From: an uncultured Holophagales bacterium
GTDB taxonomy: Bacteria > Acidobacteriota > Thermoanaerobaculia > Multivoradales > UBA5704
Direction: 5' to 3'
Assembly: GCA_963842525.1 (NCBI GenBank)
Contig: CAWJGT010000025.1
Span: forward strand, 224,001-288,000
Length of the DNA: 64,000 bases
How positions within the stretch are numbered: position 1 is the stretch's first letter; each line of letters starts with the position of its first letter. A program made the translations under genes and the position numbers. This document shows positions 52,316-61,472 of the stretch, piece after piece. The notes below the pieces were generated by a model that saw only the letters and a program-made list of their open reading frames with translations, did not search any database and had not been told where the DNA came from.

Positions 52316-54199
52316 ATGACCATCGCGCAGACCGACAAACCGACTCCGCGGAAGCCGCTCCGGCTGTGGCCCGGCGTGGCCGCCGCGGTCCTGCTGTTGC
52401 TGGCCCGGTTCGGACTGAAGGCTGTCATCCCTGGATTCAGGGGCTTTTCGCTCGCGATGATGTGGGCATTCGGCGCCGCGTTGGCTGTCGTCCTGTGGTG
52501 GGTGTTCCTCAGCCGGGCGCGTTGGTCCGAGCGCCTGGGCGTCATCGGCCTGATGATCGCCGGGCTGGCCGGAGCATGGTTCCTCAGACACGAGTCGATG
52601 GGTCCGGCGTGGCTCGCCGCTTATGCCGTCCCGGGCCTGTGTCTCGCCTTGGTCGCCGGGGCGGCAGTCAGCCGCCGCCTCCCTGATGGACCTCGGCGTG
52701 CGACGATGGCCGCGGCCATCCTGCTCGCCTGCGGGGTCTGGACGCTCGTCCGGACCACTGGTATCAACGGCGACCACGTTGCGGAGTTCGGGTGGCGTTG
52801 GCAGAAGAGCGCCGAGGAACAGCTCCTCGCCCAGGCCGGCGATCAGCCGGCGGCGCGCTCCTCGGCTCCGGCCGCGGAGGCTCCCAAGGAGCCGCCCGTG
52901 GCCCAAGCCGGCGACGAGCTGGCGGCGGTTCCTGGCGACGCGCCGGCTTCCTCACCGCCGGAGGCTTCCGAGGAACAGGTCGTGACCCAAGCCGGCGACC
53001 AGCCGGCGGTGGTTCCTGGCGCCGCGACGGCTTTGGCAGGAGCGAAAACGGCCGGCGACTGGCCCGGCTTTCGCGGACCCGGCCGCGACGGAACCATCAC
53101 GGGCGTGCGGATCGAGACCGACTGGGCGGCATCGCCGCCGGCCGAGTTGTGGCGCCGGCCGGTCGGACCGGCCTGGTCGTCTTTCGCGGTCCATGGCAAC
53201 CTCCTCTACACCCAGGAGCAGCGCGGTGACGACGAGGTCGTGGCCTGCTACAACGCGACCACCGGCGAGCCGGTGTGGACACACCGCGACGCGGCCCGGT
53301 TCTTTGAGTCGAATGCGGGCGCCGGTCCGCGCGGGACGCCGACGCTCAGCAACGGCCGTGTCTACACCTTCGGTGCGACCGGAATCCTGAACGCGCTCGA
53401 CGCCGGGAACGGAGCCGTCGTGTGGTCGCGCAACGCGGCGTCCGACACCAAGGCGAAGCTCCCGGACTGGGGCTTTTCGAGCTCGCCCTTGGTGGTGGAC
53501 GATGTCGTCATCGTCGCCGTCTCCGGCCAACTCGCCGCCTACGACCTCGCCACCGGCAAGCCGCGCTGGTCCGGCCCGGCCAATGGCGTGAGCTACAGCT
53601 CGCCGCATCTGGTGACGATCGACGGAGTCGCGCAGGTCCTCCTGCTGAGCCAGGCCGGCGCGGCCGGCTTCACGCCCGCCGATGGCAAGCGGCTCTGGGA
53701 GCACGCGTGGCCGGGCTTTCCCATCGTGCAGCCGGCCGTGATCGCGGACGGCGACGTCCTGATCAACGTCGGTGGACAAAGCACGCGCCGCATCGCGGTC
53801 GCGCACGGCCCCGGCGGATGGACCACCGAAGAGCGCTGGACCTCGATCGGGCTGAAGCCCTACTTCAACGACTTCGTCGTTCACAAGGGCCATGCCTTCG
53901 GCTTCGACGGCCGCATTCTCGCGTCCATCGACCTCAAGGACGGCAAGCGCAAGTGGAAGGGCGGACGCTACGGCAACGGCCAGCTCGTCCTCCTGCCCGA
54001 CCAGGACCTGCTGCTGGTGCTGTCGGAGCAGGGAGACCTGGCGCTGGTCCGGGCGACCCCTGACCAGTTCACGGAGCTCGCGCGGTTCCCGGCGATCGAG
54101 GGCAAAACCTGGAATCACCCGGTGCTGGCAGGCGACGTCCTGCTGGTTCGCAACGGCGAGGAAATGGCCGCTTTCCGCCTGCCCCTCGCGAGCAACTGA
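52316..54199 (+). CDS. Membrane-anchored PQQ-like beta-propeller protein
   Basis: About five TMs, DWPGFRGP, LYTQEQRG, SSP repeats, KTWNHP; triplicated AQAGDQPA linker. Confidence 0.9.
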   Translation: MTIAQTDKPTPRKPLRLWPGVAAAVLLLLARFGLKAVIPGFRGFSLAMMWAFGAALAVVLWWVFLSRARWSERLGVIGLMIAGLAGAWFLRHESMGPAWLAAYAVPGLCLALVAGAAVSRRLPDGPRRATMAAAILLACGVWTLVRTTGINGDHVAEFGWRWQKSAEEQLLAQAGDQPAARSSAPAAEAPKEPPVAQAGDELAAVPGDAPASSPPEASEEQVVTQAGDQPAVVPGAATALAGAKTAGDWPGFRGPGRDGTITGVRIETDWAASPPAELWRRPVGPAWSSFAVHGNLLYTQEQRGDDEVVACYNATTGEPVWTHRDAARFFESNAGAGPRGTPTLSNGRVYTFGATGILNALDAGNGAVVWSRNAASDTKAKLPDWGFSSSPLVVDDVVIVAVSGQLAAYDLATGKPRWSGPANGVSYSSPHLVTIDGVAQVLLLSQAGAAGFTPADGKRLWEHAWPGFPIVQPAVIADGDVLINVGGQSTRRIAVAHGPGGWTTEERWTSIGLKPYFNDFVVHKGHAFGFDGRILASIDLKDGKRKWKGGRYGNGQLVLLPDQDLLLVLSEQGDLALVRATPDQFTELARFPAIEGKTWNHPVLAGDVLLVRNGEEMAAFRLPLASN

Positions 54200-54351
54200 G
54201 GGGCGCCGCGGAGGTCAAGCAAGGAAGCGTGCCTTTGTGCGCGTGGGCCTCCTTGAGGAGACACGCCAGACCCATCCGGACCAGATGGACTCGGTCAACG
54301 TCCCCGAATGGGTCTACGCATAAGAAGGTCGCTCTTCCCCACAATTTCCTC

Positions 54352-54381
54352 TTGACAGCCCGCCTCGTCCTCTGTTACGCT
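54352..54381 (+). promoter_or_regulatory. Sigma70-type promoter
   Basis: TTGACA-18-TACGCT with TGn extension. Confidence 0.6.
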
Positions 54382-54385
54382 TCAA

Positions 54386-54586
54386 GGCGTAAGACGTCGT
54401 ACCTCCACTCCTCGAAAGGAGGTGCTGCAGAAGACGGACATCGCGAGAAAACGCCTGAAAGTCTGAAAGTAAGGTAGAAGCTCCACTCCCGAGCCGGTCG
54501 ATGTGGAGGGAGAGGCTCTGTCCGGCTCAGATGAGTCCGGTATCTGTCCGTTCCGAAGTTCCGTCGTTCCATAACGCCTTTACGCC
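54386..54586 (+). ncRNA. Putative structured non-coding RNA (unassigned)
   Basis: Own promoter; closing stem GGCGTAA/TTACGCC, inner GACGGACA/TGTCCGTT, possible pseudoknot; no credible ORF. Confidence 0.4.
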
Positions 54587-54814
54587 GCGCCCGGCGTCCA
54601 GCTCGCGAGCCCCAGCCGCGCAGTCGTGAGTGCGGGGCAAGCGACAGGTTGTCGATTTTTCGACAACTTCGCCCCCGGTGGCCGTTTGTTTCCTCCAAGT
54701 CCCCGGCGGCAGCCCAAGCCCTGCGGTGTCATGGTGTTGCGCTCCGCGCGCCGGGGGTTTCGGCGGGTTGGCAGGCATTTGGCTCTAGGGAGGAAGCGCC
54801 GAGGAGGCGGGCCC

Positions 54815-54841
54815 TGTCGAAAAACCGGGGTCCCATTCGAC
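54815..54841 (+). promoter_or_regulatory. ECF42-type promoter
   Basis: TGTCGA-17-CGAC. Confidence 0.55.
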
Positions 54842-54861
54842 GAATAAGCAGGAGGAGGAGC

Positions 54862-55098
54862 ATGAGCCAGTCCAATGTCGAGCGGGTGGTTGGGCGGCTG
54901 GTGACCGACGAGGGGTTCCGGCGGCGGTTCGCCGAGAGTCCTGCCGCAGTGTTGCGGGAGCTCACGGAGAACGGCTGGGAGCTGACGGACTGCGAGCTGC
55001 GTGCGCTCTCGGGCTTCGATGTCAGGGTCGCAGCGCGTTGCGCCCACGCGATCGACCCGCGGATCCAGAAGGCTGATCTCCAGGGAGGTGGACGATGA
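54862..55098 (+). CDS. Os1348/NHLP-clan small protein
   Basis: VERVVGRLVTDEGFRRRF..P..LT..E..AL. Confidence 0.8.
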   Translation: MSQSNVERVVGRLVTDEGFRRRFAESPAAVLRELTENGWELTDCELRALSGFDVRVAARCAHAIDPRIQKADLQGGGR

Positions 55099-56717
55099 GG
55101 AGTGTGATGCCGGGACGGGCGGTCGGGATCGCGCTGGTGGCGATCCTGGCGGCTGCGGTCCCAGGGATGGCGCAAGGCGCCTTGGAGCGCCCGCTGACGC
55201 TTGCGGAAGCGATCGCCCTCGCCCTCGAGAACAACGAGGGGATCCTGGTCGAGCGCGAGTCGCTGGTGTCGGCCGAGGCCGCGATCACTGGCGCCCGGGG
55301 CGCGTATGACCCGCTGCTGGAGGTCGAGGGTGGGTGGCGGCAGACCAGCCCGCCCCCGACCTCGGCGTTTTCGGGCGCGCCGCCGGGACGGCTGTCGCCG
55401 ACGACCGAGGTCAGCGGGGCGAGCGCCGGAGTCCGCCGGCTCCTGCCCACGGGCGGCACGGTCGCGCTCCGCAGCTCGGCCGAGCGCGCGACGACCGACG
55501 GAGTGTTCAACCTGTTCTCGCCGTCCTACGGCACCGGGTTGGGGGTGGAATTCCGGCAGCCGTTGCTGCGCGATCGGAAGATCGACGCGGCCCGGTTCGG
55601 GATCCGGGTCGCCGCCGCCGACCGCGAGCGCGCGGCCGCCGGGCTGCGGCGTGAGCTCACCGACACGGTCGCGGCGGTCGAACGCGCCTACTGGACGCTG
55701 GTCGCCGCGCGCCGCGAGCTGAGCGTGCGGGACGAGGCGATCCGTCTGGCTCAGGAGCAACTCTCCGAGACCGATGCGCGTATTGAGGTGGGTACGGCGC
55801 CGGAGACCGAGGTCGCGCAGCCGCGCGCCGAGCTGGAACGGCGCCGTGGCGAGCTGTTTGCCGCGCGCGAGGCGGCGGCCCGTGCCGAAAACGCTTTGAA
55901 GCTGCTGATCCTGGGCGACTCCGACACCGGTTCCTGGGGCGAACAGCTCGTGCCGGCCGAGGACGCGGAGCCCGCGGTCGCGCCGGTCGACGTCGCCGCT
56001 GCGATGGTGCGCGCGCTCGCCGCGCGTCCCGAGCTCGCGGCGTTCGAGGCCGTCGTGGAGCGCCGCCGCGCCGAGACGGCGCTGGCGCTGGATGCGATCC
56101 GGCCGGCTCTCGATGCCGTCGTCTCGCATGATCGCTTCGGCCTCGCGGGCTCGCGCAACCCGGCCTCGACGCCGGCGCCCGGAGCACCGGACCCTGGAAC
56201 GGGCGAGATTCCGCGCCGGCTGGAGGGCGGCCTGGACGGCTCCCTCGGCCTGCTCGCCGACGGAGACTTCGCCGACACGCGGGTGGCGCTCGTCTTCGCG
56301 GTTCCGCTCGGCAACCGCAGGGCGCGTGCCGGGGCGGCGATCGCCGGCAGCGTCGAGCGGCAGGCCCAGGCCGACCTGACGCGCGCCCGCAAGCAGGTGC
56401 GCACCGAGGTGCTCGACGCCGCGGCTGCGTTGGATACCGCCGGCCAGAGGATCGAGGCGGCCCGGGCGGCGCGCGAGGCGGCGGAGGTGCAGCTCATGGC
56501 CGAACGCGAGCGCTACGGGGCGGGGATGTCCACGAGCTTCCTCGTGCTCACCCGCCAGAACGATTTATCGCGTGCCCGTCTCGAAGAGATTGCGGCCCAG
56601 ACCGACTACCGCCGGGCGACGACCGAAATGGCGCGTGTTACCGGCGCACTGCTCGATGAGCGCGGGATCGAGCTCGAGGAAGAGGAAGGGGATGCAGCGC
56701 GTCCCACGGCTCCGTAA
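55095..56717 (+). CDS. TolC-family outer-membrane efflux protein
   Basis: LTLAEAIALALENN, QPLLR, VERAYW, ERYGAG. Confidence 0.92.
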   Translation: MRSVMPGRAVGIALVAILAAAVPGMAQGALERPLTLAEAIALALENNEGILVERESLVSAEAAITGARGAYDPLLEVEGGWRQTSPPPTSAFSGAPPGRLSPTTEVSGASAGVRRLLPTGGTVALRSSAERATTDGVFNLFSPSYGTGLGVEFRQPLLRDRKIDAARFGIRVAAADRERAAAGLRRELTDTVAAVERAYWTLVAARRELSVRDEAIRLAQEQLSETDARIEVGTAPETEVAQPRAELERRRGELFAAREAAARAENALKLLILGDSDTGSWGEQLVPAEDAEPAVAPVDVAAAMVRALAARPELAAFEAVVERRRAETALALDAIRPALDAVVSHDRFGLAGSRNPASTPAPGAPDPGTGEIPRRLEGGLDGSLGLLADGDFADTRVALVFAVPLGNRRARAGAAIAGSVERQAQADLTRARKQVRTEVLDAAAALDTAGQRIEAARAAREAAEVQLMAERERYGAGMSTSFLVLTRQNDLSRARLEEIAAQTDYRRATTEMARVTGALLDERGIELEEEEGDAARPTAP

Positions 56718-56729
56718 GGAGGGCTTGTC

Positions 56730-57857
56730 ATGAAAAAGAGGATGATTCTCACAATTGGGGCGATGTTGGTCTTCATCGCCGTGATCGGTTTGGTGAAGTT
56801 TTCCCAGGTCCGGACGGCGATCGCCCAGTCCTCCTCGTTCCAGCCGCCGCCTGAGGCGGTGACCACGACCGTGGCCCATGCGGAGCAGTGGCCGGCGATG
56901 CTCAGCGCCATCGGATCGGTGGTCGCCGTCCAGGGCGTCACGGTGAGCGCGGACCTGCCCGGCATTGTCGAGAAGATCGCCTTCCAGTCGGGTGCCAGGG
57001 TGCGCCAGGGCGATCTCCTGGTCCAGCTCGACACCAGCCAGGAGCGCGCGCAGCTCGCCGCCGCCGATTCGGCGGGCCGGCTCTCCTCCGTCAACCTGGA
57101 GCGGATGCGCGGTCTGCGCCAGAAGGGCGTGGTCTCGCAGGCGGAGCTCGACCGGTTCCTGGCGGAGTCGCAGCAGGCCTCGGCCAGGACGGCGGAGATC
57201 CGCGCCACGATCGAGCGCAAGCGGATCCGGGCGCCGTTTTCCGGGGCCTTGGGCATCCGCCAGGTGAACCTCGGCCAATACTTGAACCCCGGCGATCCGG
57301 TGGTGCAGCTCCAGACGCTCGATCCGATCTATGTCAACTTCGCGGTGCCGCAGCAGGAGATCGCGCAGTTGCGGGTGGGTGCCGACGTGCGCGTCACGGC
57401 CGAGGGCATGGCAGGCATGGAAGCCACGGGCAAGATCACCGCCTTCGAGGCGGTGGTGGACGAGGCCACGCGCAACGTGCAGGTCCAGGCCACCTTCGCC
57501 AATGGGGAAGGCGCGCTGCGCCCCGGTATGTTCGTCGACGCCAAGGTCTTCCTGGGCGCCGGCCGGCCGGTGGTGCCGCTCCCCGCTTCCGCGGTCAACT
57601 ATGCCCCCTACGGCGATTCGGTCTTCATCGTCGAGGACGTGAAGGGGCCTGACGGCAAGCCCTACCGCGGCGTGCGGCAGCAGATCGTCAAGCTCGGCGG
57701 CTCGCGCGGCGACCAGGTCGCTGTGCTCACGGGGGTGAAGCCCGGCGAGGAGGTCGTGACCTCGGGGGTCTTCAAGCTGCGCCCCGGGGCCGCCGTGCAC
57801 GTCAACAACCAGGTCCAGCCCGCGAACAGCGCCGCGCCGGAGCCGGAGGACAGCTGA
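56730..57857 (+). CDS. RND efflux periplasmic adaptor
   Basis: Lipoyl/hairpin layout, IRAPFSG, LRPGMF. Confidence 0.95.
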   Translation: MKKRMILTIGAMLVFIAVIGLVKFSQVRTAIAQSSSFQPPPEAVTTTVAHAEQWPAMLSAIGSVVAVQGVTVSADLPGIVEKIAFQSGARVRQGDLLVQLDTSQERAQLAAADSAGRLSSVNLERMRGLRQKGVVSQAELDRFLAESQQASARTAEIRATIERKRIRAPFSGALGIRQVNLGQYLNPGDPVVQLQTLDPIYVNFAVPQQEIAQLRVGADVRVTAEGMAGMEATGKITAFEAVVDEATRNVQVQATFANGEGALRPGMFVDAKVFLGAGRPVVPLPASAVNYAPYGDSVFIVEDVKGPDGKPYRGVRQQIVKLGGSRGDQVAVLTGVKPGEEVVTSGVFKLRPGAAVHVNNQVQPANSAAPEPEDS

Positions 57858-60800
57858 TGAAACTCACCGATCTTTTCATCCGCCGGCCGGTCCTGGCGGT
57901 GGTCGTCAACCTGGTGATCCTGATCGCCGGGCTGCAGTCGATCCGCTCGCTCTCCGTGCGGCAGTTTCCGCGCAGCGACGTCGCCGTCATCCGGGTGACC
58001 ACGGCCTACATCGGCGCCAACGCCGACCTGGTGCGCGGGTTCATCACCACGCCGCTCGAGAGGGTGATCGCCTCGATGGACGGCATCGACTACATGGAGT
58101 CGTCGAGCGCGCAAAACCTTTGCACGATCACCGTCCACCTGAAGCTCAATTTCGACACCAACGCCGCCCTCACCCAGATCCAGGCCAAGGTGGCGCAGGT
58201 GAGGAACGAGCTGCCCCCCGAGGCCGAGGCGCCGATCATCCAGCTCGAAACGGCGGACACCGCGTTTGCCGGGATGTATCTCGGCTTTTCCTCGCAGGAC
58301 CTCGACCCGAATCAGATCACCGACTACCTGACGCGCGTCGTGCAGCCGAAGCTTTCGGCCATCAGCGGCGTCCAGCGCGCCAGCATCGAGGGCGGACGCA
58401 CTTTCGCCATGCGCATCTGGCTCAAGCCCGGGAGGATGGCGGCGCGCGGCATCTCGCCCTCCGACGTGCAGCAGGCCCTGGCCGCGAACAACTATCTTTC
58501 CGCCCTGGGCCGGACCAAGGGGTCCATGGTGTCGGTCAACCTGGTCGCCAACACAGACCTGCAGACGGTCGAGGAGTTCCGCCAACTGGTGATCAAGGAG
58601 GACCAGGGCGGCGTCGTCCGCCTGGGCGAGATCGCCGACGTCGTGCTCGGCGCCGAGGACTACGACCAGGAGGTGCTCTTCAACGGCGAAGCGGCGACCT
58701 TCATGGGCATCTGGGTGCTGCCCACCGCCAACACCCTGGAGGTGATCGGCAAGGTGCGCGACGCGATGCCGGAGATCCAGGCGCAGCTCCCGGCCGGCAT
58801 GAAGGGCAGCATTCCCTACGACTCGACGGTCTACATCCAGAGCTCGATCGAGGAGGTCCTGAAGACGCTCAGCGAGACCCTCCTGATCGTGATCCTGGTC
58901 ATCTTCCTCTTCCTGGGATCGGTGCGCGCGGTCCTCATCCCGGTGGTCGCGATCCCGATCTCGCTCGTCGGCGCGGCCTTCCTCATGGTGGCGGCGGGCT
59001 TCACGATCAACCTGCTCACGCTGCTCGCGATCGTGCTTTCGGTCGGGCTCGTGGTGGACGACGCGATCGTCATGGTCGAGAACGTGGAGCGCCACCTGCA
59101 CCTCGGCCAGCCGCCGTTCCAGGCCGCGATCCTCGCCGCCCGCGAGCTGGTCGGCCCGATCATCGCAATGACCATCACGCTCGCCGCGGTGTACACGCCG
59201 CTCGCCATCCAGGGCGGCCTCACCGGCTCGCTCTTCCGCGAGTTCGCGTTCACGCTGGCCGGCGCGGTGATCGTCTCCGGCATCGTGGCGCTGACGCTGT
59301 CGCCGATGATGGCCTCGAAGCTGCTGCGCGCCGGCGACACCGAGCGCGGCTTCGCGGGATTCGTCAACCGCCGCTTCGAGAGCGTCCGCCAGCGCTACAT
59401 GCGCCTGCTCTCGGGCACGCTCAACTATCGCCCCGTCGTCCTGACGCTGTGGGTGATGGTCGTGGCGCTGATCTTTCCTTTCTATATGTTCTCGCAGCGC
59501 GAGCTGGCGCCCGCCGAGGACCAGGGCGTGGTCTTCGGGATCGTCCAGGGCTCCGCCAACTCGACGATCGATCAGACGACCCTCTTCACGAAGAAGATCT
59601 ACGACGTGTTCGCGTCGTTCCCGGAGACCGATGCCATCTTCCAGCTCACCTTCCCGACCGGGGGGTTTGCCGGCATGGTCACCAAGCCGAGCAGCGAGCG
59701 GGAGCGGACATCCGCTGAGATCCAGGTCGAGGCGGCGGCGAAGCTCTCACAGATCCCCGGCGTGCGGATCATCCCGATCACCCCGCCGTCGCTGCCCGGA
59801 GGCAGCGATTTCCCGGTGGACTTTGTGATCGCCTCCACGGCGGAGCCCGAACGGCTGATCGAGATTGCCAACCAGCTCGTGGCGAAGGCTTTCGCGAGCG
59901 GCCTCTTCATGTTCGCCGACGCCGACCTCAAATTCGACCAGCCGCAGGCGGAGCTGGTCTTCGACCGCGACAAGGTGCGCTCCCTGGGTGTGGACATGAG
60001 CCAGACCGGCCGCGACCTCTCGACGCTGATGGGCGGCAACTACGTCAACCGCTTCAGCATCCAGGGCCGCAGCTACAAGGTGATCCCGCAGATCAAACGC
60101 AGCGAGCGGCTGACGCCCGACCAGCTCAAGGACGTCCACGTCACCGGCCCCGACGGCCGCCTGGTGCCGCTGTCAACATTCGCCACGGTCAAGATGACCA
60201 CCGAGCCGCGCGAGCTCAAGCGCTTCCAGCAGCTCAACGCGGTGCGCATCCAGGGTGTGGTGCCGCCCGGCGTGGCGCTCGACCAGGCGCTCGCCTTCCT
60301 CGAGCAGGAGGCGGCGAAGATCCTGCCGCCGGGGCAGGGCTTCACCGTCGACTACGCCGGCGAGTCGCGCCAGCTCCGCACCGAAGGGAGCCGGTTCCTC
60401 GGCACGTTCCTCCTGTCGGCGATCCTGATCTACCTGGTGCTGGCCGCCCAGTTCGAGAGCTTCCGCGACCCCTTCATCATCCTGGCGGGCTCGGTGCCGT
60501 TGGCTATCTCCGGCGCGCTGCTCTTCTCCTTCCTGGGCTTCACGACGCTCAACATCTACAGCCAGGTGGGGCTGATCACACTGGTCGGCCTGGTGTCGAA
60601 GAACGGCATCCTGATCGTCGAGTTCGCCAACCACCTGCAGGAGCAGGGGCGGGAGAAGCTGCAGGCGATCATCGAGGCTGCCGGCACCCGGCTGCGGCCG
60701 ATCCTCATGACCACCGCCGCCACCGTCGTCGGCCACCTGCCGCTGGTGTTCGCCGCCGGCCCGGGAGCCGGAGCGCGCAACTCGATCGGCATCATGCTGG

Positions 60801-60946
60801 TCTCCGGCATGATCATCGGCTCCGTCTTCACTCTCTTCGTTGTGCCGTCGATCTACATGCTGGTCGCGCAGACTCACAAGGCGGAAGCGCCGGAGCCGGA
60901 GGCCGTGCCCGGGCTGGCGGCGGCAGAGACGACTGCGATCTCCTGA
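57857..60946 (+). CDS. RND efflux permease (MexI/MexW-like)
   Basis: FIRRPVLA, GLVVDDAIVMVEN, KNGILIVEF, RLRPILMT. Confidence 0.97.
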   Translation: MKLTDLFIRRPVLAVVVNLVILIAGLQSIRSLSVRQFPRSDVAVIRVTTAYIGANADLVRGFITTPLERVIASMDGIDYMESSSAQNLCTITVHLKLNFDTNAALTQIQAKVAQVRNELPPEAEAPIIQLETADTAFAGMYLGFSSQDLDPNQITDYLTRVVQPKLSAISGVQRASIEGGRTFAMRIWLKPGRMAARGISPSDVQQALAANNYLSALGRTKGSMVSVNLVANTDLQTVEEFRQLVIKEDQGGVVRLGEIADVVLGAEDYDQEVLFNGEAATFMGIWVLPTANTLEVIGKVRDAMPEIQAQLPAGMKGSIPYDSTVYIQSSIEEVLKTLSETLLIVILVIFLFLGSVRAVLIPVVAIPISLVGAAFLMVAAGFTINLLTLLAIVLSVGLVVDDAIVMVENVERHLHLGQPPFQAAILAARELVGPIIAMTITLAAVYTPLAIQGGLTGSLFREFAFTLAGAVIVSGIVALTLSPMMASKLLRAGDTERGFAGFVNRRFESVRQRYMRLLSGTLNYRPVVLTLWVMVVALIFPFYMFSQRELAPAEDQGVVFGIVQGSANSTIDQTTLFTKKIYDVFASFPETDAIFQLTFPTGGFAGMVTKPSSERERTSAEIQVEAAAKLSQIPGVRIIPITPPSLPGGSDFPVDFVIASTAEPERLIEIANQLVAKAFASGLFMFADADLKFDQPQAELVFDRDKVRSLGVDMSQTGRDLSTLMGGNYVNRFSIQGRSYKVIPQIKRSERLTPDQLKDVHVTGPDGRLVPLSTFATVKMTTEPRELKRFQQLNAVRIQGVVPPGVALDQALAFLEQEAAKILPPGQGFTVDYAGESRQLRTEGSRFLGTFLLSAILIYLVLAAQFESFRDPFIILAGSVPLAISGALLFSFLGFTTLNIYSQVGLITLVGLVSKNGILIVEFANHLQEQGREKLQAIIEAAGTRLRPILMTTAATVVGHLPLVFAAGPGAGARNSIGIMLVSGMIIGSVFTLFVVPSIYMLVAQTHKAEAPEPEAVPGLAAAETTAIS

Positions 60947-60983
60947 ACCGGACTACGAGCAACACACAAAACAGGAGCCAACC

Positions 60984-61472
60984 ATGAAAAAGCCCGAACC
61001 GCAGCAGGAACACCAGTGGCTGGAGAAGCTCGTCGGCGAATGGATTCTCGAAGGCGAGGCGACGACGGAGCCGGACAAGTCCCCCGAGCCGTGGACCGAG
61101 AGCGTGCGGTCGCTCGATGGGCTCTGGGTCGTGGCCGAGGGGAAGGGCGAAATGCCCGAAGGCGGCGGCCCCGCGACCACGATCATGACGCTCGGCTATG
61201 ACCCGCAGAAAAAGCGTTTCGTCGGCACCTGGATCGGGTCGATGATGACCTACCTCTGGGTGTACGATGGCTCGCTCGACGGAAACGTGCTGACGCTCGA
61301 AAGCGAGGGCCCCGGCATGGCCGAGGGCGCCGAGGGCGCCGAAGGGAAGATGGCCAAGTACAAGGACGTGATCGAGCTCAAGGACGACGATCACCGGGTG
61401 ATGACATCCCACGCGCTGGGCGATGACGGGGAGTGGAGCCAGTTCATGACGGTCAACTACCGGCGGAAGTAG
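60984..61472 (+). CDS. DUF1579-family protein
   Basis: PQQEHQWLEKLVGEW, GYDPQKKRFVGTWIGSM. Confidence 0.88.
   Translation: MKKPEPQQEHQWLEKLVGEWILEGEATTEPDKSPEPWTESVRSLDGLWVVAEGKGEMPEGGGPATTIMTLGYDPQKKRFVGTWIGSMMTYLWVYDGSLDGNVLTLESEGPGMAEGAEGAEGKMAKYKDVIELKDDDHRVMTSHALGDDGEWSQFMTVNYRRK

Noticed and set aside
54520-54540. CAGATGAG plus GAAA as a hammerhead ribozyme
   Set aside because: The core should be CUGANGA, and the stem order does not fit
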